Below are positions 1-9,987 of a stretch of 58,677 nt of DNA, one piece after another (positions within the stretch are counted from its first letter, which is position 1; the number at the start of each line of letters is the position of its first letter). This DNA is from Candidatus Bathyarchaeia archaeon. GTDB taxonomy: Archaea > Thermoproteota > Bathyarchaeia > Bathyarchaeales > Bathyarchaeaceae. Made by a program: the position numbers and the translations under genes. The notes beneath the pieces were generated by a model. That model had not been told where the DNA came from and searched no databases. It worked only from the letters and a program-made list of their open reading frames with translations. The DNA is taken from the NCBI GenBank assembly GCA_046760805.1, contig JBHIEV010000002.1, positions 1-58,677 on the forward strand, given 5' to 3'.

Positions 1-248
1 TTGTTTTGGCAAAGAGTACGTGCGACCTCATGTGTAGTGGAAGGACTGCACAGGAGGCTGCAGAGAGTGCGATAAGACTTGTGAATCGGAGGATGAAGGG
101 AGGATCTATGGGCTTGATCACAGTTGACATGAAGGGCAGAACTGGTGGAGCCCACAACTCTCCGAACCTCTGTTGGGCAGAAATGGCAGGGAAGAACCGT
201 GAGCCGAAGGCTGCTTTGAAGGCTAAAATCATCAAAGAAAATGCTTAA
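1..248 (+). CDS. C-terminal fragment of an Ntn-hydrolase isoaspartyl peptidase / plant-type L-asparaginase (5' end lies outside the window)
   Basis: The reading frame is open to the window edge. The tail ...RRMKGGSMGLITVDMKGRTGGAHNSPNLCWAE resembles the conserved C-terminal GG-G-I-D..G....N...M block of the asparaginase_2 family. Confidence 0.55.
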   Translation, partial: VLAKSTCDLMCSGRTAQEAAESAIRLVNRRMKGGSMGLITVDMKGRTGGAHNSPNLCWAEMAGKNREPKAALKAKIIKENA

Positions 249-369
249 ACTTCTCGCGCCTTGTTCAACGTTCTGCAGCAAATGAAGTATAGAAACGCTT
301 AATAAGAGACTGCATATTTTTGACTAGACTTGATCAATGGGATATAGCAGCAAAGGAGGTGAAAAACCC

Positions 370-438
370 ATGGAAGAAGAGGAAGAAGACTGGGAAGAGG
401 AAGAAGAAGAGGAGGAATGGGAAGAAGAGGAATGGTAG
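370..438 (+). CDS. Mini-ORF encoding the 22-aa poly-Glu/Trp peptide MEEEEEDWEEEEEEEEWEEEEW
   Basis: ATG at 370 lies 8 nt downstream of GGAGGTG (355-361) and the stop TAG is at 436-438. T-rich tracts follow at 457-469. A paralogous peptide is encoded at 4328-4399. Confidence 0.35.
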   Translation: MEEEEEDWEEEEEEEEWEEEEW

Positions 439-491
439 TCCATTCAAGAAACCTTCTTTTACCTTTTTCTTCTCACAGCTAGTTTTGAACC

Positions 492-499
492 TATAAATA
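492..499 (+). promoter_or_regulatory. TATA-like box (TATAAATA) upstream of the ABCE1 gene
   Basis: The AT-rich octamer lies about 55 nt upstream of ATG 554. An SD-like AAGGTGA sits at 536-542, consistent with an archaeal promoter plus a short 5' UTR. Confidence 0.35.
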
Positions 500-553
500 C
501 TCAAGTTTATTATCTCTCCTTTTCATCCTAAATGCAAGGTGACCTAAAGAGAG

Positions 554-3179
<2,626 letters not shown>

Positions 3180-3189
3180 GGGACTATTA

Positions 3190-4071
3190 TTGAAGGTTGA
3201 GTTTCAGTGCGCTAATTGCATATTTCATCGAGGCATTTCGGAGATTGCGGAGGCAACAGTTGATCCTTCTCTTCAGTTTAAGGTCGCATCAGCCTTGTTT
3301 CATTTGTTAGCGAAAGAGTTCAAACCTACCGCGGTCCCTGCATATCTCGGCACCAAAAGAGACCGACTCATAAAGAAAATGACCGGCAACTCAGACCCAT
3401 ACGCAAAGGTAAAGCAGCAAAGCAATCGAAAAGCCTTAGAATTTCTCCCCTTCGCAGAGAAACTAATCTTAAATGAGCCATCGCCTGACGCTAGATTTAG
3501 GAAGGCTTGCTTATGCTCTATCGTGGGCAACGTTATGGAGTTTGATATTCCCGGTCATGCTTTCAAATATGAGGATATTGGAAGGCTGGTTCAGAGGGCG
3601 GAGGAGGAATTGGCTGTTGATGAGATCGCTGAAATTTTTAACAGAGTCGAGAAAGCTGGGAGAATACTCTATCTTACCGACAACGCTGGAGAGATAGCTT
3701 TTGATAAGCTGTTAGTTGGCGAACTGAAAAATCTTGGAGCACATGTTACAGTTGCAGTGAAAGGCGGACCAATAATTAATGACGCCACTATGGAAGACGC
3801 CAGATACATCGGAATGGACAGAGTCGCGGATAGTGTAATTACTACGGGTACGGATGCGGTTGGGCTTATGCTAGAGGAATGTTCCCGTGAGTTTTTGGAC
3901 GTTTATGGTTCTGTTGATCTGGTTTTTGCAAAGGGTATGGGATATGTTGAGACGCTGACAGAATTGGATCTGGACTTCTCCCACGCTTTTCTGTTAAGAA
4001 CTAAGTGCCAGCCAGTCGCTAACTTTCTTAGAGTCGGAAAGGACAGAAATGTTGCCAAGTTAACGCTTTAG
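3190..4071 (+). CDS. DUF89 / ARMT1-like metal-dependent damage-control phosphatase family protein
   Basis: It has the N-terminal CxxC (CANC) typical of archaeal DUF89 and a conserved LTDNAGEIAFDKLL block. It is about 290 aa with a TTG start. Confidence 0.75.
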   Translation: MKVEFQCANCIFHRGISEIAEATVDPSLQFKVASALFHLLAKEFKPTAVPAYLGTKRDRLIKKMTGNSDPYAKVKQQSNRKALEFLPFAEKLILNEPSPDARFRKACLCSIVGNVMEFDIPGHAFKYEDIGRLVQRAEEELAVDEIAEIFNRVEKAGRILYLTDNAGEIAFDKLLVGELKNLGAHVTVAVKGGPIINDATMEDARYIGMDRVADSVITTGTDAVGLMLEECSREFLDVYGSVDLVFAKGMGYVETLTELDLDFSHAFLLRTKCQPVANFLRVGKDRNVAKLTL

Positions 4072-4327
4072 CATGATCTAAAGCTCAGTTTATGAGATTA
4101 ATGGACCAAATGACCTCATCGTGAAGATCAAAGCAAACGGGCTCGACGAGACGAGAAACCTTCCCCAATCTTCGATCAGATAAATCGGCTTCATTTCTTG
4201 TATATAAAGAAGAAAAGAAGAACGTTCCATGCCTACAATAGCCAAAAAAGGATAGTTTGGCCTTCTTTTTTCAAAAAAATCCGTATATCCAAATTGCAGA
4301 TTTAAAAACCGTTTCGGAGGTAGAAAT

Positions 4328-4399
4328 ATGCCCTGCCACCGTTCAGAAGAAGAGTGGGGAGAAGACGAAGACTGGGAGGAAGAAGAAGAGGAGTGGTAA
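4328..4399 (+). CDS. Mini-ORF encoding the 23-aa acidic Trp-containing peptide MPCHRSEEEWGEDEDWEEEEEEW
   Basis: ATG at 4328 lies 5 nt after GGAGGT (4317-4322) and the stop TAA is at 4397-4399. It has the same (acidic run)-W x3, C-terminal EEW organisation as the peptide at 370-438. Confidence 0.35.
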   Translation: MPCHRSEEEWGEDEDWEEEEEEW

Positions 4400-4403
4400 A
4401 ATA

Positions 4404-4451
4404 ATGGCAAAAAAGAAGAAGCCAAAGAAGAAAGAGAAAAAAGAGAAGTAA
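4404..4451 (+). CDS. Mini-ORF encoding the 15-aa polybasic peptide MAKKKKPKKKEKKEK
   Basis: The ATG lies 4 nt after the stop of the acidic mini-ORF. This is the C-terminal part of track ORF 4257..4451. It is followed immediately by a hairpin plus T6. Confidence 0.25.
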   Translation: MAKKKKPKKKEKKEK

Positions 4452-4460
4452 AGGGAACGA

Positions 4461-4493
4461 GGTAGATTAGGCCGACCTTAATCTCCCTTTTTT
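4461..4493 (+). terminator. Hairpin followed by T6, an intrinsic-terminator-like or attenuator-like element
   Basis: AGATTAGG (4464-4471) pairs with CCTTAATCT (4476-4484) with a one-nt bulge and a 4-nt loop. TTTTTT follows at 4488-4493. Confidence 0.4.
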
Positions 4494-4751
4494 GAATTTT
4501 AATCAGGGTTCTTCACCACTTTTTGCAGTAGGTTGAAGGCCTTTTTCTACTGGATCCCTCTGTGAAAAAGTGTTCGAATGATTTTTCTGTCAACCTCGAA
4601 CAGCATGTTGATGACAAAAAGCCTTTAAGAAAGGATTGCGTGAATTTCTGAGTTAAGGAGCTATAGGATGCTGTGTTAGCTTCAAAGGAGTGCACTGATC
4701 CAGAGATGGATCAAAGAACTGGCATGATCGCTCATAGGCTCCAAAGATGCA

Positions 4752-6026
4752 GTGACGGCGCGGTGTCTGAAGAGTGGAGGCGATGCTGGATGGATGAGGG
4801 TGGTAGTGATGAGGGAGACCGTTATGAAGGAGACTCCAGCCACGAGATTCGGCACAAGCTTAGGCCAATCTCTGCTCTCGCTCTCCTTCAATCTGGGAGG
4901 ATTGCTGGCTGGAACACTACTCGCCCTATTCTTCGATGTGTTCTCTCTTGCTCCATGGACATTGGTTCTTTTCCCGGGCATACTTAGTATAAGAGGGGCG
5001 ATAGGCGGTCTTTTCAGTGGCAGATTGGGTACAGGTCTGCATCTAGGAACAGTCAGGTACAGCTACACCAAAAACACGAGATATTTCTACCTGCTTCAAA
5101 ACGCTGTCGTCACGTTGACCTTTGTGAGCGGCATTGCTATAGGGTTGACAACATGGATATTCAGCGTAGTTTTCTGGGGAGCAACGATGGCAGATTTCCT
5201 AAATATAGCAGTCGTGGTCGTGGCAACCATGGGTTTATCTCTCGTTTTGGTGTCTCCACTAACGATAGTGATCTCCGTCTTTTCTTTCAGGCGTGGTTTA
5301 GATCCTGACGTCATCGTATATCCGGTAGTGTCAACGGTCGCTGACATTCTTGTTACAGCCTGCTACGTTTTGTGCCTAAGCATTTTCTTTTCGTCAACAG
5401 CGCTTGGATATTTCTTAATCGGAGCGCTTAACCTCGTCTTTTTGTCAGTTGTACTCTACATTCTAGCTAAGAACAGACAAGAAAAAGAGTTCGTCAAAAC
5501 AATCAAAGAGTTCCTCTTCACTCTCATATGTGTTGTTTATATAGTCAATCTTACCGGCTCTCTACTTAACCAATTGCGGAACGTAATAGGTGCCAGACCT
5601 GAGATATATATCGTGTATCCCGCCTTAATTGACACTACTGGAGACGTCGGCTCTATTGTAGGTTCAACCGCAACCACTAAACTCGCTCTGGGCACTATTG
5701 GACCAACCTTTTCCTCAATCAAGCAACACAAAGCAGAGATAAGCAGTGCATGGGTAGCTTCGGTGGTAATGTTTACTTTTTACTCAATAATCTCATTGCT
5801 TGTCTGCGGGATGGCGACTTTAGGAAATCTTTCATGGCTTGCAGCGAGACTCCTGATTACTAACATCTTAGCAGTATCCATTATGATAGCCATATCCTAC
5901 TTTGTGGCCATGGTCACCTATAGAAAAGGCTTGGACCCAGATAACTTTGTGATTCCGATCGAAAGCTCTTTGGCAGACAGCGTAACTACAATCTCTCTTC
6001 TCACAGCAGTGATGTTAATTGCATAG
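4752..6026 (+). CDS. Divalent-cation (Mg2+) transporter with two MgtE/SLC41-type transmembrane repeats and no cytosolic N/CBS domains
   Basis: The polytopic membrane protein has two repeats, each ending in the MgtE-TM signature (RRGLDPDVIVYPVVSTVADILVT and RKGLDPDNFVIPIESSLADSVTT). The true start may be ATG 4794, 4809 or 4824, and all three are SD-preceded. Confidence 0.8.
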   Translation: MTARCLKSGGDAGWMRVVVMRETVMKETPATRFGTSLGQSLLSLSFNLGGLLAGTLLALFFDVFSLAPWTLVLFPGILSIRGAIGGLFSGRLGTGLHLGTVRYSYTKNTRYFYLLQNAVVTLTFVSGIAIGLTTWIFSVVFWGATMADFLNIAVVVVATMGLSLVLVSPLTIVISVFSFRRGLDPDVIVYPVVSTVADILVTACYVLCLSIFFSSTALGYFLIGALNLVFLSVVLYILAKNRQEKEFVKTIKEFLFTLICVVYIVNLTGSLLNQLRNVIGARPEIYIVYPALIDTTGDVGSIVGSTATTKLALGTIGPTFSSIKQHKAEISSAWVASVVMFTFYSIISLLVCGMATLGNLSWLAARLLITNILAVSIMIAISYFVAMVTYRKGLDPDNFVIPIESSLADSVTTISLLTAVMLIA

Positions 6027-6043
6027 TTTATTTGGTCTCACTG

Positions 6044-6568
6044 CTACCCAGCGACTAACCGTTTCAGGTCCTCTACGCCTTCAGCGTAACCCGACGCAAT
6101 CAACATATCACCAGCTCTAATCACCGTGTTTGGACGAGGCCTCAACCACCTCTTTCCCCTTCGAACCACCAACACCCACATACCTGTCTCTTCGGGAATT
6201 TTGGCATCTCGCAATCTCTTCCCCAGAAGTGCGGAGTTGCGTGGAACGTACACCCTAGCCACCGTCTCTTCAGCCTCTTTTATGACTTGTTTCAAGATGG
6301 GGTGTGGTTCTGACACTCTCAGGATGACATCGGCGATCTCTGCCGCGGCGTCAGCGATCTCCTCAGTAACAATTCCTAACCGTATCAAGCCAAGAAAATC
6401 CTTGGACTCATCTGGCTTAAAGCCGGTCGACAGTACTAGGAGTTCAAAATCCGTGTGCAGTTTATCCACATGTTCTTCGAGTTCCTGCACCTCTTCCGCA
6501 AGTTCTTTGCTGTTAAGGAGCAATGAGGAGTATGCAAGATCTACCATAAGTTCAGAAGTATCCTTCAA
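6044..6568 (-). CDS. PhoU-like helical domain plus TrkA-C (RCK C-terminal) domain regulatory protein
   Basis: The helical block DLAYSSLLLNSKELAEEVQELEEHVDKL is PhoU-like. The C-terminal TrkA-C-like beta domain reads LLGKRLRDAKIPEETGMWVLVVRRGKRWLRPRPNTVIRAGDMLIASG. It is a paralog of 6622..7236. Similarity continues upstream of the TTG start (see findings). Confidence 0.7.
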   Translation of the reverse strand: MKDTSELMVDLAYSSLLLNSKELAEEVQELEEHVDKLHTDFELLVLSTGFKPDESKDFLGLIRLGIVTEEIADAAAEIADVILRVSEPHPILKQVIKEAEETVARVYVPRNSALLGKRLRDAKIPEETGMWVLVVRRGKRWLRPRPNTVIRAGDMLIASGYAEGVEDLKRLVAG

Positions 6569-6621
6569 AGACGCGAGCTTACTTGCGATTTCTCTGAAAG
6601 GCTTTTCAATATGTGACAGCT

Positions 6622-7236
6622 CTAGCCCTCCTCAGCATGTTTCTCAGTAGGTCCTCCAGCAAGTTTCTCCAGTTCATCGACGCCGCGAGGAGCTCCTCTG
6701 GCGAAGAGAACATCGCCTTCGCCAATCATCACTTCTTCGTCGGGATCGATTAACCATTTCTTGCCACGCCGAATCGCAATTACGTCAACTCCGATCTCAG
6801 CTGCGAGTTCCAACTCTCCCAGTCTCTTCTTCACAAAAACCGAGCCAGACTTGACCTGAGCTCGCGCCAACCGTTCCTCAACCTTCTGAAAAGCCTCGCG
6901 AACTATGGGATGAACACCGATCTCATGAAGTACAATAGTTGCAATGTCGGCAGCCGCATCAGAAATCTTGTCTGTGGCTGCTGCCACTTTTGTCACTCCG
7001 ATGAGCGATTCCGCGTCTTCCGCGTCTCTAGCTGCGAGCATAGCGTTCATGTCCAGTATGTAAGCGAGATAATCTACGCGCTCTTCTAGTTCAAGAACCT
7101 CTTCGGCGAGCTCACGCTTGTGGAAGAGAGCTGCGGAGTACGCTAGATCGATCATTATCTCTGAGAGGTCCTTCATTTCTGTAAGTACTTCTCGGACGGA
7201 GACAGGCTTGTACTCAATTCTCTCTGATTCTGTCAA
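6622..7236 (-). CDS. PhoU-like helical domain plus TrkA-C domain regulatory protein
   Basis: It has the same architecture as 6044..6568 (DLAYSAALFHKRELAEEVLELEERVDYL ... IGVDVIAIRRGKKWLIDPDEEVMIGEGDVLFARG). TTG start. Confidence 0.75.
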   Translation of the reverse strand: MTESERIEYKPVSVREVLTEMKDLSEIMIDLAYSAALFHKRELAEEVLELEERVDYLAYILDMNAMLAARDAEDAESLIGVTKVAAATDKISDAAADIATIVLHEIGVHPIVREAFQKVEERLARAQVKSGSVFVKKRLGELELAAEIGVDVIAIRRGKKWLIDPDEEVMIGEGDVLFARGAPRGVDELEKLAGGPTEKHAEEG

Positions 7237-7451
7237 ATGGAGGAAACACCTTCAAAACAACGTGGTTGCGGACGAACAAGTTAAACTCGATATGTAGATG
7301 ACGGATGCTGTCTTTTTAATTTTATCTGTAGGGACTAGCTGGTGAAAAATTGTTTTTCCATGCGGCTAGAACCTGCTGTGCCTTTTGGTTCTCATGGAGA
7401 AGCATAGTTCACATATAAAGCCGTAGCATCACATTATGGTCGGATAACCAA

Positions 7452-9551
7452 ATGACAGTCAACTTACCGAGAATTCGTATTGGCTCAGAGACTCTCTCAG
7501 ATCTTGACAAAGCGATTCAGAATGAATGGATTGTAACAAACGGACTTGGCGGATACGCATCATCCACCATCCTAGGCATCAACACACGAAAGTATCACGG
7601 TCTCCTAGTGGCTGCCTTTAACCCGCCCACTGACCGTAGAGTGCTTCTCACAAAACTCGACGAAGAGATACAAATAGAGAACAAGACCTACCACATACAA
7701 TCAAATGAGTTTAGAAACAAAGTTCACCCAGAAGGATACCGATTCTTATCAAGCTTCGCCCTAGAACCATTTCCAGCCTACGGATACTCTGTACACGGAT
7801 TTCAACTTCAGAAGATAGTATTCATGCCGCGGGCAAAAAACGCCACCATAATACTTTACAGGGTTTTCAATCTTGGCAATAGTGAAGCCTCGATTCAAAT
7901 CTCGCCTCTTGTCAATTCGAGACATTTCCACTCAGTAACCGACAAAGATAAACTAGATTGGAACTTCATTCAGAACCCATCAGAACAAGAGGTAACTGTC
8001 CAGCCGTCCATCCCACTTTCAACTCTTACTCTTTTCTCAAGCGAGGGACATTACGCTCCTAATAAGGGTGAATGGGTTGAAGAAATGTACTTCAGAGTGG
8101 ATAGTTCACGAGGAGAAAGTTGCTTAGATGACAACTTCAAACCAGGACATTTCAACCTGCAAGTCGCTGCTCAAGAAACAAAGAGGTTCTTTGTCCTAGC
8201 TGCGGCTGGCAAGGATGAGGCAGAAGCCGAGGCTATTCTCTCATCTATCCCTAGAAGACTAGAAGATATCGAAGCACTTTTCAATCAAGAATTGAACCGA
8301 CGAAAGGGTCTGCTAAGAAGATTCCAAGAGCGCCACACAGATGTTGAGATAAAAGACTGGTTGAGGTGGCTTCTTCTCGCAACAGACTCCTTCATCGTCA
8401 ACCGAGAGTCAACCAGAAAGAAGTCCGTAATCGCGGGATACCACTGGTTTGAAGATTGGGGCAGAGACTCACTTATCTCCCTTCCAGGCCTAACGCTTGT
8501 CACGGGCAGGTTCGAGGATGCAAAGGAGATTCTGCTGAGCTCCAAACACTACTGTAACAAAGGCATAATACCGAATCGATTCCCAGACTGCGCTGGAGAC
8601 GAGCCAGACTACAACACCGTTGATGCCACGTTATGGTACATCAACGCAGCATTTCAATTTCTCAAATACACAGGAGACTTCAATTTCATCCAAGAGAACC
8701 TATGGCAAACGCTGAAGGCGATCATCGAACATCACGTCCATGGAACATTCTATAACATACATATGGAAGATGACGGGCTAATCACACACGGCCCGCAACT
8801 GACCTGGATGGACGCCACGACAGACGATAGCTTCGTGACCCCCAGACAGGGAAAGGCAGTAGAGGTTCAAGCCTTATGGTACAACGCTCTAAGAATCATG
8901 CAAATCCTTGCAACCCGTTTCAATCAAAAAGAAGAAGCTAAAAGGTATTCTGCCATGGCAGAAACGGCCAGAAAAAGCTTCAGAGAGAAATTCTGGAACC
9001 CACAAGAAGACTGCTTACTCGACGTGATAGACGAAGAAAAGAAAGACAGGTCAATAAGGCCTAATCAAATAATAGCCGTCGCACTGGAGTTCTCTATCCT
9101 CGATAAAGCTAAGAATAAAAGTGTTGCTGAAGCCGTTTGGAAAAGGCTCTGGAGCACTTATGGACTAAGAACCATATCAAAAGATGACCCACGCTACGTC
9201 GGAAAATACGTGGGTGACTGGAATCAGAGGAACCGAGCCTATCACAATGGAACAGTCTGGCCTTGGCTCATCGGCCCCTTCACAACAGCCTTCCTAAAAG
9301 TGAAAAATCATGAGAAGCACTGGCGCAACTTTGCCTTCAAAACGTTTCTGCAGCCACTCTTTCAGCGTGAACTATACCAAGCTGGGCTTGGAACAATAAG
9401 CGAAATATTTGAGGGTGACCCCCCACATTCTTCTCGTGGATGCATAGCGCAGGCATGGAGTATGGCAGAGCCTCTGAGGACGTTTGTTGAGGACGTCCTG
9501 TTGAAGAGACCTCCATACGAGCGGCAGATTCTAGTAGGATTTGGACAATAA
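7452..9551 (+). CDS. Archaeal-type glycogen debranching enzyme (amylo-alpha-1,6-glucosidase, GDE_C family)
   Basis: It has the N-terminal GDE_N-like region (NGLGGYASSTILGINTRKYHGLLV) and a C-terminal six-hairpin glucosidase block (GYHWFEDWGRDSLISLPGL, WMDA, YHNGTVWPWL). Confidence 0.9.
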   Translation: MTVNLPRIRIGSETLSDLDKAIQNEWIVTNGLGGYASSTILGINTRKYHGLLVAAFNPPTDRRVLLTKLDEEIQIENKTYHIQSNEFRNKVHPEGYRFLSSFALEPFPAYGYSVHGFQLQKIVFMPRAKNATIILYRVFNLGNSEASIQISPLVNSRHFHSVTDKDKLDWNFIQNPSEQEVTVQPSIPLSTLTLFSSEGHYAPNKGEWVEEMYFRVDSSRGESCLDDNFKPGHFNLQVAAQETKRFFVLAAAGKDEAEAEAILSSIPRRLEDIEALFNQELNRRKGLLRRFQERHTDVEIKDWLRWLLLATDSFIVNRESTRKKSVIAGYHWFEDWGRDSLISLPGLTLVTGRFEDAKEILLSSKHYCNKGIIPNRFPDCAGDEPDYNTVDATLWYINAAFQFLKYTGDFNFIQENLWQTLKAIIEHHVHGTFYNIHMEDDGLITHGPQLTWMDATTDDSFVTPRQGKAVEVQALWYNALRIMQILATRFNQKEEAKRYSAMAETARKSFREKFWNPQEDCLLDVIDEEKKDRSIRPNQIIAVALEFSILDKAKNKSVAEAVWKRLWSTYGLRTISKDDPRYVGKYVGDWNQRNRAYHNGTVWPWLIGPFTTAFLKVKNHEKHWRNFAFKTFLQPLFQRELYQAGLGTISEIFEGDPPHSSRGCIAQAWSMAEPLRTFVEDVLLKRPPYERQILVGFGQ

Positions 9552-9664
9552 GAGTGGCCTTGCCAAGCCATTTGCATCGTATTTATCATGAAATGTCTCT
9601 CAAAGTCGCCACGAGCGACTCTTAGGCAAGAAATAAATAGAGCGATTCAACTAGTTTAGACGAA

Positions 9665-9734
9665 TGGGAGCTAGAGCGCTGAAAGAGAAAGGAGTTTTAG
9701 AAGGCGGAAAAAGCGCTTCTTCTTCTAGCTCCCA
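9665..9734 (+). other. Long imperfect hairpin in a roughly 430-bp convergent intergenic region, a possible structured RNA or terminator
   Basis: TGGGAGCTAGA (9665-9675) pairs with TCTAGCTCCCA (9724-9734). An inner GCGCT/AGCGC stem (9676-9680 / 9712-9716) encloses a 31-nt purine-rich loop. Confidence 0.3.
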
Positions 9735-9987
9735 CTCATTGTCCCTCTTCGCCTTCAACCCCTTTACACTTTTATGTAAAAACATTTATTATTTACTGCT
9801 TGTGTCTTAAAAATCTTTTGTTTTTTCCCTAGAAAAGAATATTTTTTGCCAAAAAGAAAAGGAGACCTGTGACAACGTGCTAATCCTAGAGGAAAATCTG
9901 CTACTCAAAGGATGATAGTGCATTGAATCCTACTATCAACAGATCTATGGAGCGTGCACCAAATGAGAGAACAAACCTTTCGAAGGA

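Noticed and set aside
4090-4425. A 111-aa Ser-rich ORF on the minus strand
   Set aside because: Its poly-Ser stretch is simply the reverse complement of the GAA/GAG-rich acidic mini-ORF. It is low-complexity and has no SD or promoter context.
6126-6650. A 174-aa plus-strand ORF
   Set aside because: It is antisense to the PhoU/TrkA-C gene and is Ser/Thr-rich and low-complexity. The minus-strand product has clear domain similarity and a paralog.
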